DNA from: Paragordius varius
Taxonomy: Eukaryota > Animalia > Nematomorpha
Direction: 5' to 3'
NCBI GenBank assembly: GCA_964247055.1
Contig: OZ176051.1
Span: forward strand, 310,001-374,000
DNA length: 64,000 bases
This document shows positions 12,201-26,136 of the stretch, piece after piece (positions within the stretch are counted from its first letter, which is position 1; each line of letters begins with the position of its first letter). The notes beneath the pieces were generated by a model that was not told the DNA's origin, made no database searches, and worked only from the letters and a program-made list of their open reading frames with translations. The position numbers and the translations under genes were made by a program.

Positions 12201-15200
12201 ATACGATTTTAAAAATAAAAATGGCTACCTAAAATCCAAATTTGATCAGGTGATGTCGCCATAAATTTTTTTGGGTAGCCCTATGGTGGTTCCATCATCA
12301 CCCTAAATATTTTTGAGATCAGACTTTAAATGTAATTTTTATGAATTTTTCAAATATTTAAAAAATTTATTTTATACGATTTTAAAAATAAAAATGGCTA
12401 CCTAAAATCCAAATTTGATCAGGTGATGTCGCCATAATTTTTTTTGGGTAGCCCTATAGTAGTTCCATCATCACCCCAAATATTTTTGAGATCGGAGTAT
12501 AAATGTAATTTTTATGAATTTTTTAAATATTTAAAAAATTTATTTTATACGATTTTAAAAATAAAAATGGCTACCTAAAATACAAATTTGATCAGGTGAT
12601 GTCGCCATAATTTTTTTTGGGTAGCCCTATGGTAGTTCCATCATCACCCCAAATATTGTCGAGATCGGAGTATAAATGTAAATTTTTTGAATTTTTTAAA
12701 TATTTAAAAAATTTATTTTATACGATTTTAAAAATAAAAATGGCTACCTAAAATCCAAATTTGATCAGGTGATGTCACCATAATTTTTTTTGGGTAGCGC
12801 TATGGTAGTTCCATCATCACCCCAAATATTTTCGAGATCGGAGTATAAATGTTATTTTAATGAATTTTTTAAATATTTAAAAAATTTATTTTATACGATT
12901 TTAAAAATAAAAATGGCTACCTAAAATCCAAATTTGATCAGGTGATGTCACCATAATTTTTTTTGGGAGCCCTATGGTAGTTCCATCATCACCCCAAAAA
13001 TTTTGGGGATCGGAGTATAAATGTAATTTTTATGAATTTTTTAAATATTTAAAAAATTTATTTTATACGATTTTAAAAATAAAAATGGCTACCTAAAATC
13101 CAAATTTGCTCAGGTGATGTCTCCATAATTTTTTTTGGGTAGCCCTATGGTAGTTCCATCATCACCCCAAATATTTTCGAGATCGGAGTATAAATGTAAT
13201 TTTTATGAATTTTTTAAATATTTAAAAAATTTATTTTATACGATTTTAAAAATAAAAATGGCTACCTAAAATCCAAATTTGATCAGGTGATGTCACCATA
13301 ATTTTTTTTGGGTAGCTCTATGGTAGTTTCATCATCACCCCAAATATTGTCGAGATCGGAGTATAAATGTAATTTTTTTGAATTTTTTAAATATTAAAAA
13401 AATTTATTTTATACGATTTTAAAAATAAAAATGGCTACGTAAAATCCAAATTTGATCAGGTGATGTCGCCATAATTTTTTTTGGGCAGCCCTATGGTAGT
13501 TCCATCATCACCCCAAATATTTTCGAGATCGGAGTATAAATGTAATTTTTATGAATTTTTTAAATATTAAAAAAATTTATTTAAAAATAAAAATGGCTAC
13601 CTAAAATCCAAATTTGATCAGGTGATGTCACCATAATTTTTTTTGGGCAGCCCTATGGTAATTCCATCATCACCCCAAATATTTTGGGGATCGGACTATA
13701 AATGTAATTTTTATGAATTTAAATATTTAAAAAATTTATTTTATACGATTTTAAAAATAAAAATGGCTACCTAAAATCCAAATTTGATCAGGTGATGTCA
13801 CCATAATTTTTTTTGGGTAGTTCCATGGTAGTTCCATCATAACCCCAAATATTTTTAAGATCGGACTTTAAATGTAATTTTCATTAATTTTTTAAATATT
13901 TAAAAAATTTATTTTATACAATTTTAAAAATAAAAATGGCTACCTAAAATCCAAATTTGCTCAGGTGATGTCACCATAATTTTTTTTGGGTAGCCATATA
14001 GTAATTCCATCATCACCCCAAATATTTTTGAGATCGCACTATAATTGTAATTATTATGAATTTTTTAAATATTTAAAAAATTTATTTTATACGATTTTAA
14101 AAATAAAAATGGCTACCTAAAATACAAATTTGATCAGGTGATGTCACCATAATTTTTTTTGGGTAACCCTATGGTAGTTCCATCATCACCCCAAATATTT
14201 TCGAGATCGGAGTATAAATGTAATTTTTATGAATTTTTTAAATATTTAAAAAATTTATTTTATACGATTTTAAAAATAAAAATGGCTACCTAAAATCCAA
14301 ATTTGATCAGGTGATGTCGCCATAAATTTTTTTGGGTAGCCCTATGGTGGTTCCATCATCACCCTAAATATTTTTGAGATCAGACTTTAAATGTAATTTT
14401 TATGAATTTTTCAAATATTTAAAAAATTTATTTTATACGATTTTAAAAATAAAAATGGCTACCTAAAATCCAAATTTGATCAGGTGATGTCGCCATAATT
14501 TTTTTTGGGTAGCCCTATAGTAGTTCCATCATCACCCCAAATATTTTTGAGATCGGAGTATAAATGTAATTTTTATGAATTTTTTAAATATTTAAAAAAT
14601 TTATTTTATACGATTTTAAAAATAAAAATGGCTACCTAAAATACAAATTTGATCAGGTGATGTCGCCATAATTTTTTTTGGGTAGCCCTATGGTAGTTCC
14701 ATCATCACCCCAAATATTGTCGAGATCGGAGTATAAATGTAAATTTTTTGAATTTTTTAAATATTTAAAAAATTTATTTTATACGATTTTAAAAATAAAA
14801 ATGGCTACCTAAAATCCAAATTTGATCAGGTGATGTCGCCATAATTTTTTTTGCTAGAGCCCTATGGTAGTTCCATCATAACCCCAAATATTTTTGAGAT
14901 CAGAGTATAAATGTAATTTTTATGAATTTTTTAAATATTTAAAAAATTTATTTTATACGATTTTAAAAATAAAAATGGCTACCTAAAATCCAAATTTGAT
15001 CAGGTGATGTTGCCATAATTTTTTTTGGGAGCCCTATGGTAGTTCCATCATCACCCCAAATATTTTGGGGATCGGAGTATAAATGTAATTTTTATGAATT
15101 TTTTAAATATTTAAAAAATTTATTTTATACGATTTTAAAAATAAAAATGGCTACCTAAAATCCAAATTTGCTCAGGTGATGTCTCCATAATTTTTTTTGG

Positions 15201-18200
15201 GTATCCCTATGGTAGTTCCATCATCACCCCAAATATTTTCGAGATCGGAGTATAAATGTAATTTTTATGCATTTTTTAAATATTTAAAAAATTTATTTTA
15301 TACGATTTTAAAAATAAAAATGGCTACCTAAAATACAAATTTGATCAGGTGATGTCACCATAATTTTTTTTGGGTAACCCTATGGTGGTTCCATCATCAC
15401 CCTAAATATTTTTGAGATCGGAGTATAAATGTAATTTTTATGAATTTTTTAAATATTTAAAAAATTTATTTTATACGATTTTAAAAATAAAAATGGATAC
15501 CTAAAATCCAAATTTGATCAGGTGATGTCGCCATAATTTTTTTTGGGTAGCCCTATGGTAGTTTCATCATCACCCCAAATATTGTCGAGATCGGACTTTA
15601 AATGTAATTTTTATGAATTTTTTAAATATTTAAAAAATTTATTTTATACGATTTTAAAAATAAAAATGGCTACCTAAAATCCAAATTTGATCAGGTGATG
15701 TCGCCATAATTTTTTTTGGGTAGCCCTATGGTAGTTCCATCATCACCCCAAATATTTTTGAGATCGGAGTATAAATGTAATTTTTATGAATTTTTTAAAT
15801 ATTTAAAAAATTGATTTTATACGATTTTAAAAATAAAAATGGCTACCTAAAATCCATATTTGATCAGGTGATGTCGCCATAATTTTTTTTTGGGTAGCCC
15901 TATGGTAGTTCCATCATCACCCTAAATATTTTTGAGATCGGAGTATAAATGTAATTTTTATGAATTTTATAAATATTTAAAAAATTTATTTTATACGATT
16001 TTAAAAATAAAAATGGCTACCTAAAATCCAAATTTCCTCAGGTGATGTCACCATAATTTTTTTTGGGTAGTTCTATGGTAGTTCCATCATCACCCTAAAT
16101 ATTTTTGAGATCGGAGTATAAATGTAATTTTTATGAATTTTTTAAATATTTGAAAAATTTATTTTATACGATTTTAAAAATAAAAATGGCTACTTAAAAT
16201 CCAAATTTGATCAGGTGATGTCGCCATAATTTTTTTTGGGTAGCCCTATGGTAGTTCCATCATCACCCTAAATATTTTTGAGATCGGAGTATAAATGTAA
16301 TTTTTATGAATTTTTTAAATATTTAAAAAATTTATTTTATACGATTTTAAAAATAAAAATGGCTACCTAAAATCCAAATTTGATCAGGTGATGTCACCAT
16401 AATTTTTTTTGGGTAGCTCTATGGTAGTTTCATCATCACCCCAAATATTGTCGAGATCGGAGTATAAATGTAATTTTTTGAATTTTTTAAATATTAAAAA
16501 AATTTATTTTATACGATTTTAAAAATAAAAATGGCTACCTAAAATCCAAATTTGATCAGGTGATGTCGCCATAATTTTTTTTGGGCAGCCCTATGGTAGT
16601 TCCATCATCACCCCAAATATTTTCGAGATCGGAGTATAAATGTAATTTTTATGAATTTTTTAAATATTTAAAAAATTTATTTAAAAATAAAAATGGCTAC
16701 CTAAAATTTGATCAGGTGATGTCGCCATAATTTTTTTTGGGCAGCCCTATGGTAATTCCATCATCACCCCAAATATTTTGGGGATCGGACTATAAATGTA
16801 ATTTTTATGAATTTTTTAAATATTTAAAAAATTTATTTTATACGATTTTAAAAATAAAAATGGCTACCTAAAATCCAAATTTGATCAGGTGATGTCACCA
16901 TAATTTTTTTTGGGTAGTTCCATGGTAGTTCCATCATAACCCCAAATATTTTTGAGATCGGACTTTAAATGTAATTTTCATTAATTTTTTAAATATTTAA
17001 AAAATTTATTTTATACAATTTTAAAAATAAAAATGGCTACCTAAAATCCAAATTTGATCAGGTGATGTTGCCATAATTTTTTTTGGGTAGCCATATAGTA
17101 ATTCCATCATCACCCCAAATACTTTTAAGATCGCACTATAATTGTAATTATTATGAATTTTTTAAATATTTAAAAAATTTATTTTATACGATTTTAAAAA
17201 TAAAAATGGCTACCTAAAATACAAATTTGATCAGGTGATGTCACCATAATTTTTTTTGGGTAACCCTATGGTAGTTCCATCATCACCCCAAATATTTTCG
17301 AGATCGGAGTATAAATGTAATTTTTATGAATTTTTTAAATATTTAAAAAATTTATTTTATACGATAAAAATAAAAATGGCTACCTAAAATCCAAATTTGA
17401 TCAGGTGATGTCGCCATAATTTTTTTTGGGTAGCCCTATGGTAGTTTCATCATCACCCCAAATATTGTCGAGATCGGAGTATAAATGTAATTTTTTTGAA
17501 TTTTTTAAATATTAAAAAAATTTATTTTATACGATTTTAAAAATAAAAATGGCTACCTAAAATCCAAATTTGATCAGGTGATGTCACCATAATTTTTTTT
17601 GGGTAGCTCTATGGTAGTTTCATCATCACCCCAAATATTGTCGAGATCGGAGTATAAATGTAATTTTTTTGAATTTTTTAAATATTAAAAAAATTTATTT
17701 TATACGATTTTAAAAATAAAAATGGCTACCTAAAATCCAAATTTGATCAGGTGATGTCGCCATAATTTTTTTTGGGCAGCCCTATGGTAGATCCATCATC
17801 ACCCCAAATATTTTCGAGATCGGAGTATAAATGTAATTTTTATGAATTTTTTAAATATTTAAAAAATTTATTTAAAAATAAAAATGGCTACCTAAAATCC
17901 AAATTTGATCAGGTGATGTCGCCATAATTTTTTTTGGGCAGCCCTATGGTAATTCCATCATCACCCCAAATATTTTGGGGATCGGACTATAAATGTAATT
18001 TTTATGAATTTTTTAAATATTTAAAAAATTTATTTTATACGATTTTAAAAATAAAAATGGCTACCTAAAATCCAAATTTGATCAGGTGATGTCACCATAA
18101 TTTTTTTTGGGTAGTTCCATGGTAGTTCCATCATAACCCCAAATATTTTTGAGATCGGACTTTAAATGTAATTTTCATTAATTTTTTAAATATTTAAAAA

Positions 18201-21200
18201 ATTTATTTTATACAATTTTAAAAATAAAAATGGCTACCTAAAATCCAAATTTGATCAGGTGATGTTGCCATAATTTTTTTTGGGTAGCCATATAGTAATT
18301 CCATCATCACCCCAAATATTTTTGAGATCGCACTATAATTGTAATTATTATGAATTTTTTAAATATTTAAAAAATTTATTTTATACGATTTTAAAAATAA
18401 AAATGGCTACCTAAAATACAAATTTGATCAGGTGATGTCACCATAATTTTTTTTGGGTAACCCTATGGTAGTTCCATCATCACCCCAAATATTTTTGAGA
18501 TCAGACTTTAAATGTAATTTTTATGAATTTTTCAAATATTTAAAAAATTTATTTTATACGATTTTAAAAATAAAAATGGCTACCTAAAATCCAAATTTGA
18601 TCAGGTGATGTCGCCATAATTTTTTTTGGGTAGCCCTATGGTGGTTCCATCATCACCCTAAATATTTTTGAGATCAGACTTTAAATGTAATTTTTATGAA
18701 TTTTTCAAATATTTAAAAAATTTATTTTATACGATTTTAAAAATAAAAATGGCTACCTAAAATCCAAATTTGATCAGGTGATGTCGCCATAATTTTTTTT
18801 GGGTAGCCCTATAGTAGTTCCATCATCACCCCAAATATTTTTGAGATCGGAGTATAAATGTAATTTTTATGAATTTTTTAAATATTTAAAAAATTTATTT
18901 TATACGATTTTAAAAATAAAAATGGCTACTTAAAATCCAAATTTGATCAGGTGATGTCGCCATAATTTTTTTTGGGTAGCCCTATAGTAGTTCCATCATC
19001 ACCCCAAATATTTTTGAGATCGGAGTATAAATGTAATTTTTATGAATTTTTTAAATATTTAAAAAATTGATTTTATACGATTTTAAAAATAAAAATGGCT
19101 ACCTAAAATCCATATTTGATCAGGTGATGTCGCCATAATTTTTTTTTGGGTAGCCCTATGGTAGTTCCATCATCACCCTAAATATTTTTGAGATCGGAGT
19201 ATAAATGTAATTTTTATGAATTTTATAAATATTTAAAAAATTTATTTTATACGATTTTAAAAATAAAAATGGCTACCTAAAATCCAAATTTGCTCAGGTG
19301 ATGTCACCATAATTTTTTTTGGGTAGTTCTATGGTAGTTCCATCATCACCCTAAATATTTTTGAGATCGGAGTATAAATGTAATTTTTATGAATTTTTTA
19401 AATATTTAAAAAATTTATTTTATACGATTTTAAAAATAAAAATGGCTACCTAAAATCCAAATTTGATCAGGTGATGTCGCCATAATTTTTTTTGGGTAGC
19501 CCTATGGTAGTTTCATCATCACCCTTAATATTTTTGAGATCGGAGTATAAATGTAATTTTTATGAATTTTTTAAATATTTAAAAAATTTATTTTATACGA
19601 TTTTAAAAATAAAAATGGCTACCTAAAATCCAAATTTGATCAGGTGATGTCACCATAATTTTTTTTGGGTAGCTCTATGGTAGTTTCATCATCACCCCAA
19701 ATATTGTCGAGATCGGAGTATAAATGTAATTTTTTTGAATTTTTTAAATATTAAAAAAATTTATTTTATACGATTTTAAAAATAAAAATGGCTACCTAAA
19801 ATTCATATTTGATCAGGTGATGTCGCCATAATTTTATTTGGGTAGCCCTATGGTAGTTCCATCATCACCCTAAATATTTTGGGGATCGGAGTATAAATGT
19901 AATTTTTATGAATTTTTTAAATATTTAAAAAATTTATTTTATACGATTTTAAAAATAAAAATGGCTACCTAAAATCCAAATTTGATCAGGTGATGTTGCC
20001 ATAATTTTTTTTGGGAGCCCTATGGTAGTTCCATCATCACCCCAAATATTTTGGGGATCGGACTATAAATGTAATTTTTATGAATTTTTTAAATATTTAA
20101 AAAATTTATTTTATACGATTTTAAAAATAAAAATGGCTACCTAAAATCCTAATTTGATCTGGTGATGTCACCATAATTTTTTTTGGGTAGCCCTATGGTA
20201 GTTCCATCATCACCCCAAATATTTTCGAGATCGGAGTATAAATGTAATTTTTATGAATTTTTTAAATATTTAAAAAATTTATTTTATACGATTTTAAAAA
20301 TAAAAATGGATACCTAAAATCCAAATTTGATCAGGTGATGTCGCCATAATTTTTTTTGGGTAGCCCTATGGTAGTTTCATCATCACCCCAAATATTGTCG
20401 AGATCGGAGTATAAATGTAATTTTTTTGAATTTTTTAAATATTAAAAAAATTTATTTTATACGATTTTAAAAATAAAAATGGCTACCTAAAATCCAAATT
20501 TGATCAGGTGATGTCACCATAATTTTTTTTGGGTAGCGCTATGGTAGTTCCATCATCACCCCAAATATTTTCGAGATCGGAGTATAAATGTTATTTTAAT
20601 GAATTTTTTAAATATTTAAAAAATTTATTTTATACGATTTTAAAAATAAAAATGGCTACCTAAAATCCAAATCAGGTGATGTTGCCATAATTTTTTTTGG
20701 GAGCCCTATGGTAGTTCCATCATCACCCCAAATATTTTGGGGATCAGACTATAAATGTAATTTTTATGAATTTTTTAAATATTTAAAAAATTTATTTTAT
20801 ACGATTTTAAAAATAAAAATGGCTACCTAAAATCCTAATTTGATCAGGTGATGTCACCATAATTTTTTTTGGGTAGCCCTATGGTAGTTCCATCATCACC
20901 CCAAATATTTTCGAGATCGGAGTATAAATGTCATTTTTATGAATTTTTTAAATATTTAAAAAATTTATTTTATACGATTTTAAAAATAAAAATGGCTACC
21001 TAAAATCCAAATCAGGTGATGTTGCCATAATTTTTTTTGGGAGCCCTATGGTAGTTCCATCATCACCCCAAATATTTTGGGGATCGGACTATAAATGTAA
21101 TTTTTATGAATTTTTTAAATATTTAAAAAATTTATTTTATACGATTTTAAAAATAAAAATGGCTACCTAAAATCCTAATTTGATCAGGTGATGTCACCAT

Positions 21201-24200
21201 AATTTTTTTTGGGTAGCCCTATGGTAGTTCCATCATCACCCCAAATATTTTCGAGATCGGAGTATAAATGTAATTTTTATGAATTTTTTAAATATTTAAA
21301 AAATTTATTTTATACGATTTTAAAAATAAAAATGGCTACCTAAAATCCAAATTTGATCAGGTGATGTCGCCATAATTTTTTTTGGGTAGCCGTATGGTAG
21401 TTTCATCATCACCCCAAATATTGTCGAGATCGGAGTATAAATGTAATTTTTTTGAATTTTTTAAATATTAAAAAAATTTATTTTATACGATTTTAAAAAT
21501 AAAAATGGCTACCTAAAATCCAAATTTGATCAGGTGATGTCACCATAATTTTTTTTGGGTAGCGCTATGGTAGTTCCATCATCACCCCAAATATTTTCGA
21601 GATCGGAGTATAAATGTTATTTTAATGAATTTTTTAAATATTTAAAAAATTTATTTTATACGATTTTAAAAATAAAAATGGCTACCTAAAATCCAAATTT
21701 GATCAGGTGATGTCACCATAATTTTTTTTGGGAGCCCTATGGTAGTTCCATCATCACCCCAAAAATTTTGGGGATCGGAGTATAAATGTAATTTTTATGA
21801 ATTTTTTAAATATTTAAAAAATTTATTTTATACGATTTTAAAAATAAAAATGGCTACCTAAAATCCAAATTTGCTCAGGTGATGTCTCCATAATTTTTTT
21901 TGGGTAGCCCTATGGTAGTTCCATCATCACCCCAAATATTTTCGAGATCGGAGTATAAATGTAATTTTTATGAATTTTTTAAATATTTAAAAAATTTATT
22001 TTATACGATTTTAAAAATAAAAATGGCTACCTAAAATCCAAATTTGATCAGGTGATGTCACCATAATTTTTTTTGGGTAGCTCTATGGTAGTTTCATCAT
22101 CACCCCAAATATTGTCGAGATCGGAGTATAAATGTAATTTTTTTGAATTTTTTAAATATTAAAAAAATTTATTTTATACGATTTTAAAAATAAAAATGGC
22201 TACGTAAAATCCAAATTTGATCAGGTGATGTCGCCATAATTTTTTTTGGGCAGCCCTATGGTAGTTCCATCATCACCCCAAATATTTTCGAGATCGGAGT
22301 ATAAATGTAATTTTTATGAATTTTTTAAATATTAAAAAAATTTATTTAAAAATAAAAATGGCTACCTAAAATCCAAATTTGATCAGGTGATGTCACCATA
22401 ATTTTTTTTGGGCAGCCCTATGGTAATTCCATCATCACCCCAAATATTTTGGGGATCGGACTATAAATGTAATTTTTATGAATTTAAATATTTAAAAAAT
22501 TTATTTTATACGATTTTAAAAATAAAAATGGCTACCTAAAATCCAAATTTGATCAGGTGATGTCACCATAATTTTTTTTGGGTAGTTCCATGGTAGTTCC
22601 ATCATAACCCCAAATATTTTTAAGATCGGACTTTAAATGTAATTTTCATTAATTTTTTAAATATTTAAAAAATTTATTTTATACAATTTTAAAAATAAAA
22701 ATGGCTACCTAAAATCCAAATTTGATCAGGTGATGTTGCCATAATTTTTTTTGGGTAGCCATATAGTAATTCCATCATCACCCCAAATATTTTTGAGATC
22801 GCACTATAATTGTAATTATTATGAATTTTTTAAATATTTAAAAAATTTATTTTATACGATTTTAAAAATAAAAATGGCTACCTAAAATACAAATTTGATC
22901 AGGTGATGTCACCATAATTTTTTTTGGGTAACCCTATGGTAGTTCCATCATCACCCCAAATATTTTCGAGATCGGAGTATAAATGTAATTTTTATGAATT
23001 TTTTAAATATTTAAAAAATTTATTTTATACGATTTTAAAAATAAAAATGGCTACCTAAAATCCAAATTTGATCAGGTGATGTCGCCATAAATTTTTTTGG
23101 GTAGCCCTATGGTGGTTCCATCATCACCCTAAATATTTTTGAGATCAGACTTTAAATGTAATTTTTATGAATTTTTCAAATATTTAAAAAATTTATTTTA
23201 TACGATTTTAAAAATAAAAATGGCTACCTAAAATCCAAATTTGATCAGGTGATGTCGCCATAATTTTTTTTGGGTAGCCCTATAGTAGTTCCATCATCAC
23301 CCCAAATATTTTTGAGATCGGAGTATAAATGTAATTTTTATGAATTTTTTAAATATTTAAAAAATTTATTTTATACGATTTTAAAAATAAAAATGGCTAC
23401 CTAAAATACAAATTTGATCAGGTGATGTCGCCATAATTTTTTTTGGGTAGCCCTATGGTAGTTCCATCATCACCCCAAATATTGTCGAGATCGGAGTATA
23501 AATGTAAATTTTTTGAATTTTTTAAATATTTAAAAAATTTATTTTATACGATTTTAAAAATAAAAATGGCTACCTAAAATCCAAATTTGATCAGGTGATG
23601 TCGCCATAATTTTTTTTGCTAGAGCCCTATGGTAGTTCCATCATAACCCCAAATATTTTTGAGATCAGAGTATAAATGTAATTTTTATGAATTTTTTAAA
23701 TATTTAAAAAATTTATTTTATACGATTTTAAAAATAAAAATGGCTACCTAAAATCCAAATTTGATCAGGTGATGTTGCCATAATTTTTTTTGGGAGCCCT
23801 ATGGTAGTTCCATCATCACCCCAAATATTTTGGGGATCGGAGTATAAATGTAATTTTTATGAATTTTTTAAATATTTAAAAAATTTATTTTATACGATTT
23901 TAAAAATAAAAATGGCTACCTAAAATCCAAATTTGCTCAGGTGATGTCTCCATAATTTTTTTTGGGTATCCCTATGGTAGTTCCATCATCACCCCAAATA
24001 TTTTCGAGATCGGAGTATAAATGTAATTTTTATGCATTTTTTAAATATTTAAAAAATTTATTTTATACGATTTTAAAAATAAAAATGGCTACCTAAAATA
24101 CAAATTTGATCAGGTGATGTCACCATAATTTTTTTTGGGTAACCCTATGGTGGTTCCATCATCACCCTAAATATTTTTGAGATCGGAGTATAAATGTAAT

Positions 24201-26136
24201 TTTTATGAATTTTTTAAATATTTAAAAAATTTATTTTATACGATTTTAAAAATAAAAATGGATACCTAAAATCCAAATTTGATCAGGTGATGTCGCCATA
24301 ATTTTTTTTGGGTAGCCCTATGGTAGTTTCATCATCACCCCAAATATTGTCGAGATCGGACTTTAAATGTAATTTTTATGAATTTTTTAAATATTTAAAA
24401 AATTTATTTTATACGATTTTAAAAATAAAAATGGCTACCTAAAATCCAAATTTGATCAGGTGATGTCGCCATAATTTTTTTTGGGTAGCCCTATGGTAGT
24501 TCCATCATCACCCCAAATATTTTTGAGATCGGAGTATAAATGTAATTTTTATGAATTTTTTAAATATTTAAAAAATTGATTTTATACGATTTTAAAAATA
24601 AAAATGGCTACCTAAAATCCATATTTGATCAGGTGATGTCGCCATAATTTTTTTTTGGGTAGCCCTATGGTAGTTCCATCATCACCCTAAATATTTTTGA
24701 GATCGGAGTATAAATGTAATTTTTATGAATTTTATAAATATTTAAAAAATTTATTTTATACGATTTTAAAAATAAAAATGGCTACCTAAAATCCAAATTT
24801 GCTCAGGTGATGTCACCATAATTTTTTTTGGGTAGTTCTATGGTAGTTCCATCATCACCCTAAATATTTTTGAGATCGGAGTATAAATGTAATTTTTATG
24901 AATTTTTTAAATATTTGAAAAATTTATTTTATACGATTTTAAAAATAAAAATGGCTACTTAAAATCCAAATTTGATCAGGTGATGTCGCCATAATTTTTT
25001 TTGGGTAGCCCTATGGTAGTTCCATCATCACCCTAAATATTTTTGAGATCGGAGTATAAATGTAATTTTTATGAATTTTTTAAATATTTAAAAAATTTAT
25101 TTTATACGATTTTAAAAATAAAAATGGCTACCTAAAATCCAAATTTGATCAGGTGATGTCACCATAATTTTTTTTGGGTAGCTCTATGGTAGTTTCATCA
25201 TCACCCCAAATATTGTCGAGATCGGAGTATAAATGTAATTTTTTGAATTTTTTAAATATTAAAAAAATTTATTTTATACGATTTTAAAAATAAAAATGGC
25301 TACCTAAAATCCAAATTTGATCAGGTGATGTCGCCATAATTTTTTTTGGGCAGCCCTATGGTAGTTCCATCATCACCCCAAATATTTTCGAGATCGGAGT
25401 ATAAATGTAATTTTTATGAATTTTTTAAATATTTAAAAAATTTATTTAAAAATAAAAATGGCTACCTAAAATCCAAATTTGATCAGGTGATGTCGCCATA
25501 ATTTTTTTTGGGCAGCCCTATGGTAATTCCATCATCACCCCAAATATTTTGGGGATCGGACTATAAATGTAATTTTTATGAATTTTTTAAATATTTAAAA
25601 AATTTATTTTATACGATTTTAAAAATAAAAATGGCTACCTAAAATCCAAATTTGATCAGGTGATGTCACCATAATTTTTTTTGGGTAGTTCCATGGTAGT
25701 TCCATCATAACCCCAAATATTTTTGAGATCGGACTTTAAATGTAATTTTCATTAATTTTTTAAATATTTAAAAAATTTATTTTATACAATTTTAAAAATA
25801 AAAATGGCTACCTAAAATCCAAATTTGATCAGGTGATGTTGCCATAATTTTTTTTGGGTAGCCATATAGTAATTCCATCATCACCCCAAATACTTTTAAG
25901 ATCGCACTATAATTGTAATTATTATGAATTTTTTAAATATTTAAAAAATTTATTTTATACGATTTTAAAAATAAAAATGGCTACCTAAAATACAAATTTG
26001 ATCAGGTGATGTCACCATAATTTTTTTTGGGTAACCCTATGGTAGTTCCATCATCACCCCAAATATTTTCGAGATCGGAGTATAAATGTAATTTTTATGA
26101 ATTTTTTAAATATTTAAAAAATTTATTTTATACGAT
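6265..26136. repeat. Large higher-order repeat: copy 1 6265-17263 (10,999 bp, 64 monomers), copy 2 17264-26034 (8,771 bp, 51 monomers)
   Basis: Private markers are paired at offset 10999 (TACGATAAAA 6364/17363, GTAGATCC 6792/17791, ATTCATATT 8805/19804). The offset then steps to 10826, 8765 and 8771. Counted indels give 51x173-52=8771 and 8771+2061+173-6=10999. Confidence 0.9.
10645..14837. repeat. Tandem duplication of a 12-monomer block, period 2061 bp
   Basis: Markers at a constant offset of 2061: GTAGCGCT 10731/12792, CCCCAAAAATTTT 10931/12992, GCTCAGG 11899/13960, GCACT 11975/14036, GTAAATT 12678/14739. 12x173-15=2061. Confidence 0.92.
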
